Virus record (IMG/VR): IMGVR_UViG_3300029181_000054
DNA length: 5,772 nt
Source: a virus
Lineage: Duplodnaviria > Heunggongvirae > Uroviricota > Caudoviricetes
Direction: 5' to 3' (one strand)
The notes under the pieces were generated by a model that did not search any database, was not told where the DNA came from, and was given only the letters and a program-made list of their open reading frames with translations. Positions 1 to 5,186 of this stretch are shown here, piece by piece; the first letter of the stretch is position 1, and the number at the start of each line of letters is the position of its first letter. The translations under genes were made by a program, and so were the position numbers.

Positions 1-76
1 CTGCACCTGGGCCATGTAAGCCGATTTTATTGCCTCGAAACCACCGAGCCGGAATTTCATGAAATCCCGGGAGGTA
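1..76 (-). pseudogene. exo: 3' remnant of lambda-type exonuclease gene (exo, Red-alpha); 5' portion deleted, continues beyond window start
   Basis: Reverse complement of 1-75 reads in one frame as [25 protein letters not shown], which matches an internal to C-terminal stretch of lambda Exo as I recall it (about residue 135 onward of 226). The expected exo start is present as ATG at 78-80 overlapping the bet stop (ATGA), but it is followed by only six codons (MIPPGIS) then TGA at 57-59, and is out of frame with the remnant. An in-frame ATG at 58-60 could at most give a C-terminal fragment. Confidence 0.75.
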
Positions 77-862
77 TCATGCTGCCACCTTCTGCTCAGT
101 GGCTTTCTGTTTCAGGAATCCAAGAGCTTTCACTGCTTCGGCCTGTGTCAGTTCTGACGATGCGCGAATGTCGCGGCGAAATATCTGGGAACAGAGCGGC
201 AATAAGTCGTCATCCCATGTTTTATCCAGGGCAATCAGCAGAGTGTTAATCTCCTGCATGGTTTCATCGTTAACCGGAGTGATGTCGCGTTCCGGCTGAC
301 GTTCTGCAGTGTATGCGGTATTTTCGACAATGCGCTCGGCTTCATCCTTGTCATAGATACCAGCAAATCCGAAGGCGAGACGGGCACACTGAATCATGGC
401 TTTATGCCGTAACATCCGTTTGGGATGCGACTGCCACGGCCCCGTGATTTCTCTGCCTTCGCGGGTTTTGAATGGTTCGCGGCGGCATTCATCCATCCAT
501 TCGGTAACGCAGATCGGATGATTACGGTCCTTGCGGTAAATCCGGCATGTACAGGATTCGTTGTCCTGCTCAAAGTCCATGCCATCAAACTGCTGGTTTT
601 CATTGATGATGCGGGACCAGCCATCAACGCCCACCACCGGAACGATGCCGTTCTGCTTATCAGGGAAGGCGTAAATTTCTTTCGTCCACGGATTAAGGCC
701 GTACTGGTTGGCGACGATCAGCAATGCGATGAACTGCGCATCGCTGGCATCACCTTTAAATGCCGTCTGGCGAAGAGTGGTGATCAGTTCCTGTGGGTCG
801 ACAGAATCCATGCCGACACGTTCAGCCAGCTTCCCTGCCAGCGTTGCGAGTGCTGTACTCAT
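77..862 (-). CDS. bet: Bet (Red-beta) single-strand annealing recombinase
   Basis: 261-aa ORF whose sequence ([82 protein letters not shown]...) matches lambda Bet essentially over its full length from memory. Five-nt gap to gam stop, as in lambda. Confidence 0.97.
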
Positions 863-867
863 CCGTT

Positions 868-1164
868 TTATACCTCTGAATCAATATCAACCTGGTGGTG
901 AGCAATGGTTTCAACCATGTACCGGATGTGTTCTGCCATGCGCTCCTGAAACTCAACATCGTCATCAAACGCACGGGTAATGGCTTTTTTGCTGGCCCCG
1001 TGGCGTTGCAAATGATCGATGCATAGCGATTCAAACAGGTGCTGGGGCAGGCCTTTTTCCATGTCGTCTGCCAGTTCTGCCTCTTTCTCTTCACGGGCGA
1101 TCTGCTGGTAGTGACGCGCCCAGCTCTGAGCCTCAAGACGATCCTGAATGTAATAAGCGTTCAT
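868..1164 (-). CDS. gam: Gam, RecBCD inhibitor (98-aa GamS-length form)
   Basis: 98-aa [24 protein letters not shown]...[10 protein letters not shown] matches lambda Gam from memory. AGGAG Shine-Dalgarno (window 1170-1174 complement) 5 nt upstream of ATG 1162-1164. The in-frame upstream extension has no Met and reaches a stop after about 19 codons, so only the short form can be made. Confidence 0.95.
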   Translation of the reverse strand: MNAYYIQDRLEAQSWARHYQQIAREEKEAELADDMEKGLPQHLFESLCIDHLQRHGASKKAITRAFDDDVEFQERMAEHIRYMVETIAHHQVDIDSEV

Positions 1165-1239
1165 GGCTGAACTCCTGAAAATGGCTGTGAAAATATCGCC
1201 CGCGAAATGCCAGGCTGATTAGGAAAACAGGAAAGGGGA

Positions 1240-1530
1240 TTAGTGATTGAGGCCGTTACCGCGTCCGTCGAGAAAAACTTCCACGAGCAAATCACGGGTA
1301 TAAGTGCGCTCGATGCCGCGATGCAGATAAAGCCGTCCGCGTAAATTAGCTGATGCAGTCCAGGTACCATCTTTGTGTTTGACCAGCATTCCTGGCATGA
1401 CCGCACCGCGATTAACGGTCTGCGTTCCGTAATGTTGATGAACCATAAAAACTCCTGCCCGTAAGCTGGGCTGCTGAACATATAGAGACTTCTGCGCGTA
1501 TTCAGGCGGTGGATGGCCGCCGGTTGTCAT
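1240..1530 (-). CDS. Hypothetical small protein, first ORF of the putative pL operon (N/kil position); start uncertain
   Basis: Open frame 1240-1650 on the minus strand. Candidate starts: ATG 1444-1446 with a strong AGGAG Shine-Dalgarno 5 nt upstream (68 aa, [35 protein letters not shown]...); ATG 1528-1530 with a weaker GAGG-type site (96 aa); TTG 1648-1650 or GTG 1615-1617, which would add an arginine-rich N-terminus (RGVKRTRERR). No family recognised. Confidence 0.45.
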   Translation of the reverse strand: MTTGGHPPPEYAQKSLYVQQPSLRAGVFMVHQHYGTQTVNRGAVMPGMLVKHKDGTWTASANLRGRLYLHRGIERTYTRDLLVEVFLDGRGNGLNH

Positions 1531-1668
1531 AACTAAGCCGCCTCGTTGAAGCGACTGAGGTATAAAGTGTTGTGTTGATTTCAGCTGGTCACACCGACGT
1601 TCACGCGTCCGTTTCACCCCTCGCACTCCCCGAAGCCTGCTGAAATTCAAACTGCGGATCTAAGCGGT

Positions 1669-1718
1669 CATCGCAACGGTGAAACAGGTGGTTACCGTAT
1701 CGTTGTGTCGTTGCGATG
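1669..1718 (-). other. Perfect 10-bp inverted repeat (CATCGCAACG / CGTTGCGATG) with 30-nt spacer in the putative pL leader; potential RNA hairpin or protein binding site
   Basis: Window 1669-1678 CATCGCAACG and 1709-1718 CGTTGCGATG are exact reverse complements. The element begins right after the predicted pL start and ends just before the in-frame stop that opens the downstream ORF. Confidence 0.4.
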
Positions 1719-1721
1719 AAT

Positions 1722-1800
1722 TTATTTAAAACTATAGTTGTTTTATCGTCAACAACAAAAGTTGTTTTATCGGTTGTTTTAAATATAACTGGTTGTATTT
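1722..1800 (-). promoter_or_regulatory. Candidate OL operator cluster and pL promoter (leftward)
   Basis: GTTGTT motifs at 1737-1742, 1761-1766, 1773-1778 (and GGTTGTA 1791-1797), plus an inverted AACAAC at 1751-1756 forming GTTGTT-N8-AACAAC; the same half-site forms the palindrome between cI and cro. Minus-strand -35 TTGACG (window 1747-1752), 17-nt spacer, -10 TTAAAT (window 1724-1729). Confidence 0.45.
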
Positions 1801-1890
1801 AGGATGGATTTATTTTGTGACTTGCATCGCATAGCGATAACTGAAGTGAGGTGTGGTGGTTTTTTGGACGGTATGAGTTATGAGGGGGAG

Positions 1891-1919
1891 GAAAAGAAAA
1901 CCCGGCGCGGTTGCCGGGT
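1891..1919 (-). terminator. Intrinsic (rho-independent) terminator downstream of the lipoprotein gene
   Basis: On the minus strand: GC-rich stem CCCGGC / GCCGGG (window 1901-1906 and 1913-1918) with a 6-nt loop, followed by TTTTCTTTTC. Starts 8 nt after the lipoprotein stop codon (1927-1929). Confidence 0.7.
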
Positions 1920-1926
1920 ATGATTA

Positions 1927-2307
1927 TCAGTCAGCCCAACCTGATTTCGAGTTTATTTGGGTTTCTGACATTGTGTATTTCTTAATCGTGTCATCGTTAA
2001 AAAGAATAGTAAGTTCTTTTTTCGTACCGTTCGTTCCATTATGGAATAATCCATAGAATGGAATAAAAGTGGTGCCATTAACTTTTACTTTTGCAAAGGC
2101 GTACTTCCAGATCTCCTTTCCACTGTCAGTATATGAAACAGCATCAGGAGAACCAAAGTAAGATTTAACCTCATTCTTGGTTGTTTTACCTTCCCGAAGT
2201 TTAGACTGGACACTAATTTCAGTTTCATTTTTGAGTTGCTGGTTGCCTGAAGAAGCACACCCAGCCAATACAGATGCCATCATGGCAGCGATTAGGATTT
2301 TTCTCAT
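1927..2307 (-). CDS. Small secreted lipoprotein (126 aa), AT-rich moron in the rexAB position; function unknown
   Basis: N-terminus MRKILIAAMMASVLAGCASS has a positively charged n-region, a hydrophobic core and a canonical lipobox LAGC (Cys17), with Ala at +2. The mature part has a pattern (SKLREGKTTKNEVKSYFGSPDAV ... LTILFNDDTIKKY) loosely reminiscent of BamE/SmpA-OmlA-type small lipoproteins; this is my recollection, not a search result. Sampled 60-nt segments are about one third GC, against more than half in bet. Confidence 0.85.
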   Translation of the reverse strand: MRKILIAAMMASVLAGCASSGNQQLKNETEISVQSKLREGKTTKNEVKSYFGSPDAVSYTDSGKEIWKYAFAKVKVNGTTFIPFYGLFHNGTNGTKKELTILFNDDTIKKYTMSETQINSKSGWAD

Positions 2308-2536
2308 TTTATGTTTCCATTCATTATAATCAGAAACATCTTAACATAATGATTCGAAATAAAAACCGCTACGAGATAGGGGGACATTTTGCTGACAGTA
2401 GCAACAAATCTCAGCTAACAACGAGAATATTTACTGAAATATGCAAACAGATTTGGCGTTCTTATAGAGAATTTAGTGCAATATCTAATCCGAGTGGTAT
2501 AAACCTTAACCTTCGCTCCCTTAAGTCGTAGATAAA

Positions 2537-3226
2537 TTAACCATGCTTCCTGTACGTCTGCGGCATGCTTCCAATGACCTTACCGAATATGAACACCCGG
2601 TTCATCTCGTCTTTCTCGATCGGGTCCCACGGCGAGTAGCTCTTGTTATCAGAGATAACCAGCAGCTTATCCTTCATCATTTGAAGACGTTTTACATGGG
2701 CAGTGTCGTCGTACAGAAACGCATAGATGCCATCACCGTCGAAAGATTTAACAGTGATATCAACGAACAGCAGGTCACCTGGTTCGATCGTCCCTGACAT
2801 GCTGTCACCTCGCACGTTAATGATGCGGATATTTTCCGCCTTCCTGCCATCGAACATGTGACGAGCATCGTCAAACGAGTACTCAACCGAGCGTAGAACT
2901 TCTACAAACTCACGGTTGATTACACCTGGCCCGGCACTGACTTCTATATCAAGAACGTCAATTTTGAAGTATTTGGAATGGCTGACAGTTGATTGTATTG
3001 GTTGCACTGTACTGTCTGACATATTTCCAACGCCAGAAGATAACCATTCTGCGCGCACACCCAAAGCGTTCGCGATCTCCACGATTTTAGTTGTTTGGTT
3101 AGCTTTCCCTGTTTCGATTTTCTGAATAGCAGCCTGGCTAACCCCGACCAAATCCCCAAGCGCCTTTTGTGTAAGGCCTCGCGCTAATCTGGCTTCTTTA
3201 AGTCTTTCTGAGAGTGTTGTTTTCAT
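2537..3226 (-). CDS. cI: CI-type prophage repressor: N-terminal XRE/Cro-CI helix-turn-helix and C-terminal S24 (LexA-like) autopeptidase domain
   Basis: 229 aa. N-terminal LTQKALGDLVGVSQAAIQKIETGK is a typical HTH. C-terminal RGDSMSGTIEPGDLLFVD (catalytic Ser) and VKRL (catalytic Lys) are S24 motifs, with a candidate Ala-Gly cleavage site in VSAGPG. Divergent from a cro-like gene across a 104-bp operator region. Not lambda cI. Confidence 0.93.
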   Translation of the reverse strand: MKTTLSERLKEARLARGLTQKALGDLVGVSQAAIQKIETGKANQTTKIVEIANALGVRAEWLSSGVGNMSDSTVQPIQSTVSHSKYFKIDVLDIEVSAGPGVINREFVEVLRSVEYSFDDARHMFDGRKAENIRIINVRGDSMSGTIEPGDLLFVDITVKSFDGDGIYAFLYDDTAHVKRLQMMKDKLLVISDNKSYSPWDPIEKDEMNRVFIFGKVIGSMPQTYRKHG

Positions 3227-3330
3227 AGATCAAATGTACAACCAAGGTTTTATTTCATCAAACGAAAATGGTTGTTGACTAAAAACAACCATAGTTTTAA
3301 TCTTGATTCGGATTAACCACGGAGGTTGTT
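3227..3330. promoter_or_regulatory. OR region: divergent pRM / pR promoters with palindromic operator(s)
   Basis: Perfect 25-bp palindrome ATGGTTGTT-gactaaa-AACAACCAT at 3268-3292 overlapping a plus-strand -35 TTGACT (3275-3280), with -10 TAATCT (3298-3303) and GGAGG Shine-Dalgarno at 3321-3325 before cro ATG 3331. A second, weaker site around 3236-3253 (ACAACC, palindrome AACCAAGGTT 3240-3249). Candidate minus-strand pRM: -35 TTGATG (window 3256-3261), -10 TACATT (window 3233-3238), which places the start at about the cI ATG (leaderless, as for lambda pRM). Confidence 0.55.
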
Positions 3331-3561
3331 ATGAACCCAGCAATCAAAACAGCGATCAATATCGTTGGTTCACAAAAGAAACTAGGCGATGCCTGCGAAG
3401 TTTCACAGCAGGCCGTCTATAAGTGGCTTCACAACAAAGCAAAGGTATCCCCTGAACATGTCGGCAGCATTGTTACGGCTACTGGTGGAGTTGTGAAGGC
3501 ATACCAGATTCGCCCGGATCTTCCGAAGTTGTTTCCACACACCGAAAAGAACGCAGCTTAA
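3331..3561 (+). CDS. cro: Cro-like HTH regulator of the YdaS family
   Basis: 76 aa, first gene rightward of the operator region, strong GGAGG Shine-Dalgarno. AIKTAINIVGSQKKLGDACEVSQQAVYKWL ... IRPDLPKLFP resembles my recollection of E. coli Rac YdaS (AIELAGGSQSALARLLGVSRQAVHQW ... RPDLW). Confidence 0.85.
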   Translation: MNPAIKTAINIVGSQKKLGDACEVSQQAVYKWLHNKAKVSPEHVGSIVTATGGVVKAYQIRPDLPKLFPHTEKNAA

Positions 3562-3573
3562 ATTTCCATTTCA

Positions 3574-3586
3574 CGCTCTTTAACAA
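3574..3586 (+). promoter_or_regulatory. boxA antitermination element (nutR-like position, immediately downstream of cro)
   Basis: CGCTCTTTAACAA at 3574-3586 matches the consensus boxA (rrn-type GCTCTTTAACAA; lambda nut boxA CGCTCTTA) and sits 13 nt after the cro stop, where nutR lies in lambda. No boxB-like hairpin is evident downstream. Confidence 0.55.
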
Positions 3587-3630
3587 TAAGCAATCAACTT
3601 AACAGTCAATTCAAACTAAAGGAGTCAATT

Positions 3631-4170
3631 ATGCAACCACTTACATACCAACAGACTAGCGGATTTATTCCGACTGCGGTGATAAATCGTTCTCAAACAA
3701 AACAAGCTCCAGGCCACGAAAAAATCCGTGATGCCGTCCGCGCCTGGTCGGCTGTAGATAATCAGGATGTCGTTGCCGCACTCATTGTGAATGAGTATCG
3801 GGAGCAGGGCGACGGCACCATCGATTTCCCTGATGATGTCAGCCGTGCACGCCAGAAGCTGTTCCGCTTCCTCGATAACAAATTCGATTCTGAAAAATAC
3901 CGAAATAACGTGCGTGAACTGACCCCGGCAATTCTGGCGGTACTACCGCTGGAATATCGCGGTTACCTGGTTGAGCAGGATAGCTTCATGACTCGGTTGG
4001 CTGAAATGGAAAAGGAACTCAGTGAGGCAAAACAGGCTGTCATTCTCAACGCACCACGCCACCAGAAACTGAAGGAAATGAGTGAAGGTATTGTGTCGAT
4101 GTTTCGTGTGGACCCGGATCTGGCTGGTCCATTAATGGCGATGGTGACCACCATGCTGGGGGCAATATGA
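3631..4170 (+). CDS. YdaT-family protein (CII-position regulator of YdaS/YdaT-type immunity regions)
   Basis: 179 aa with an AAGGAG Shine-Dalgarno. VAALIVNEYREQGDG and LTPAILAVLPLEYRGYL parallel VANAITEEYLRQGGG and LIPAILAILPRELR of E. coli Rac YdaT as I recall it. Sits between the cro-like gene and O, where cII lies in lambda. Its stop overlaps an upstream ATG in the O frame (ATGA at 4167-4170). Confidence 0.8.
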   Translation: MQPLTYQQTSGFIPTAVINRSQTKQAPGHEKIRDAVRAWSAVDNQDVVAALIVNEYREQGDGTIDFPDDVSRARQKLFRFLDNKFDSEKYRNNVRELTPAILAVLPLEYRGYLVEQDSFMTRLAEMEKELSEAKQAVILNAPRHQKLKEMSEGIVSMFRVDPDLAGPLMAMVTTMLGAI

Positions 4171-4256
4171 CAGGTTCAGAAATGGCGAAAGTCGGTCTGC
4201 GGGAACAGAACCGACTTTCAGGTGCAAATCGTAACACACTCATTGCGGGAGGAATT

Positions 4257-5186
4257 ATGGCAAACACTGCTGAGATATTCAATTTTCCAGTGCCGGATGC
4301 GGCACAAAAGGAGCCGCGCGTGGCAGATCTCGATGATGGTTATACGCGCATTGCAAATGAGTTGCTGGAAGCTGTGATGCTGGCCGGATTAACACAGCAC
4401 CAGCTTCTGGTCTTCCTGGCTGTCATGCGCAAAACATATGGCTTTAATAAAAAACTGGATTGGGTGAGCAACGAGCAACTTTCCGAGTTGACCGGGATAT
4501 TGCCGCACAAGTGTTCTGCTGCAAAAAGTGTTCTGGTAAAGCGTGGGATTTTTATTCAGAGCGGGCGGAATATCGGCATTAATAATGTGGTCAGTGAATG
4601 GTCAACATTACCCGAATCAGGTAAGAAAAATAAAGTTTACCTGAAAGAGGTAAATTTACCTGAATCAGGTAAGAAAAGTTTACCCAAATCAGGTAAAGGC
4701 ACTTACCCGAATCAGGTAAACACAAAAGACAAACTAACAAAAGACAATATAAAACCTTTTTCGTCCGAGAATTCTGGCGAATCCTCTGACCAACCAGAAA
4801 ACGATCTTCCTGTGGAGAAACCAGATGCTGCAATTCAGAGCGGCAGCAGGTGGGGGACAGCAGAAGACCTGACCGCCGCAGAGTGGATGTTTGACATGGT
4901 GAAGACCATCGCGCCATCAGCCAGAAAACCGAATTTTGCAGGGTGGGCTAACGATATCCGCCTGATGCGTGAACGTGACGGACGTAACCACCGCGACATG
5001 TGCGTGCTGTTCCGCTGGGCATGCCAGGACAACTTCTGGTCCGGTAACGTGCTGAGTCCGGCCAAACTCCGCGACAAGTGGACCCAGCTCGAAATCAACC
5101 GAAACAAGCAACAGGCTGGCGTGACAGCCGGCAAACCAAAACTCGACCTGACGAACACTGACTGGATTTACGGGGTGGATTTATGA
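4257..5186 (+). CDS. O: Replication initiator O (origin-binding protein), chimeric: non-lambda N-terminal region, lambda-like C-terminal region
   Basis: Start chosen at ATG 4257-4259 (GGGAGG Shine-Dalgarno 4245-4250) because MANTAEIFNF...VADLDDGYTRIANELLEA aligns with the lambda O N-terminus MTNTAKILNF...VADLDDGYARL. The open frame extends upstream to ATG 4167, an alternative start 30 codons longer. The C-terminal part (SGSRWGTAEDLTAAEWMFDMVKTIAPSARKPNFAGWANDIRLMRERDGRNHRDMCVLFRWACQDNFWSGNVLSPAKLRDKWTQLEINRNKQQAGVTAGKPKLDLTNTDWIYGVDL) is near-identical to lambda O from memory. The stop overlaps the P start (ATGA). Confidence 0.92.
   Translation: MANTAEIFNFPVPDAAQKEPRVADLDDGYTRIANELLEAVMLAGLTQHQLLVFLAVMRKTYGFNKKLDWVSNEQLSELTGILPHKCSAAKSVLVKRGIFIQSGRNIGINNVVSEWSTLPESGKKNKVYLKEVNLPESGKKSLPKSGKGTYPNQVNTKDKLTKDNIKPFSSENSGESSDQPENDLPVEKPDAAIQSGSRWGTAEDLTAAEWMFDMVKTIAPSARKPNFAGWANDIRLMRERDGRNHRDMCVLFRWACQDNFWSGNVLSPAKLRDKWTQLEINRNKQQAGVTAGKPKLDLTNTDWIYGVDL
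4608..4720 (+). repeat. ori iterons inside the O gene: five copies (one degenerate) of a 16-bp dyad-symmetric core TACC(C/T)(G/A)AATCAGGTAA
   Basis: Cores at 4609-4624 (TACCCGAATCAGGTAA), 4638-4653 (TACCTGAAAGAGGTAA, two mismatches), 4657-4672 (TACCTGAATCAGGTAA, a perfect palindrome), 4681-4696 (TACCCAAATCAGGTAA) and 4704-4719 (TACCCGAATCAGGTAA), at 19-29 bp spacing. They translate as the repetitive LPESGKK linker of O. Confidence 0.85.
4721..4765. other. AT-rich (A-rich) region flanking the iterons; putative DNA-unwinding part of the phage origin
   Basis: CACAAAAGACAAACTAACAAAAGACAATATAAAACCTTTTT lies directly right of the last iteron. Lambda ori has the same layout of iterons followed by an AT-rich segment within O. 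Confidence 0.6.

Noticed and set aside
99-980. Plus-strand ORFs of 66-158 aa (99-299, 425-901, 708-980) and minus-strand ORFs 394-627 and 822-1136 from the six-frame track
   Set aside because: All lie inside or antisense to the well-supported bet and gam genes. Several start with GTG or TTG, and they have no ribosome-binding sites or recognisable protein features. Treated as shadow ORFs.
1161-1481. 106-aa minus-strand ORF overlapping the small pL-operon ORF in another frame
   Set aside because: The translation is Cys/Trp-rich and low in charged residues, and it overlaps a better-supported frame that has a strong AGGAG-ATG start. Its apparent ATGA coupling to gam is probably coincidental.
1826-1838. 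Small palindrome ATCGCATAGCGAT between the terminator and the OL cluster
   Set aside because: It shares the CATCGCA heptamer with the leader hairpin arms, which is curious, but it is short and has no flanking promoter or T-tract. Mentioned under the leader finding only.
2304-2387. 27-aa minus-strand micro-ORF (MSPYLVAVFISNHYVKMFLIIMNGNIK) whose TGA overlaps the lipoprotein ATG
   Set aside because: No ribosome-binding site, and the candidate TATAAT promoter for the lipoprotein lies inside it. Could be a leader peptide, but there is no support beyond the open frame.
2274-2531. 85-aa plus-strand ORF in the AT-rich spacer between the lipoprotein gene and cI
   Set aside because: It overlaps the lipoprotein start on the opposite strand and lies in AT-rich intergenic DNA where long open frames arise by chance. 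No Shine-Dalgarno, and the region is more plausibly promoter and leader for the lipoprotein gene.
2940-3160. Overlapping ORFs on both strands inside cI (2692-2886 minus, 2916-3125 plus, 2944-3159 minus) and inside ydaT/O/P (3963-4154, 4046-4282, 4591-4917, 4835-5158, 4917-5111, 5095-5424 minus; 5499-5729 plus)
   Set aside because: All are embedded in genes with strong homology support on the other frame or strand. None has convincing start signals. Treated as spurious.
3604-3630. Direct repeats AGTCAATT (3604-3611 and 3623-3630) flanking the ydaT Shine-Dalgarno
   Set aside because: Only 8 bp each in an AT-rich stretch, so chance occurrence is plausible. Kept as a note under the immunity-module finding, not as a feature.
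4608-4720. Regularly spaced short repeats that might suggest a CRISPR array
   Set aside because: Repeats are 16-19 bp and spacers only 3-12 bp, the repeats are dyad-symmetric and partly degenerate, and they lie inside the O coding frame. This is the classic lambdoid ori iteron arrangement, not CRISPR.
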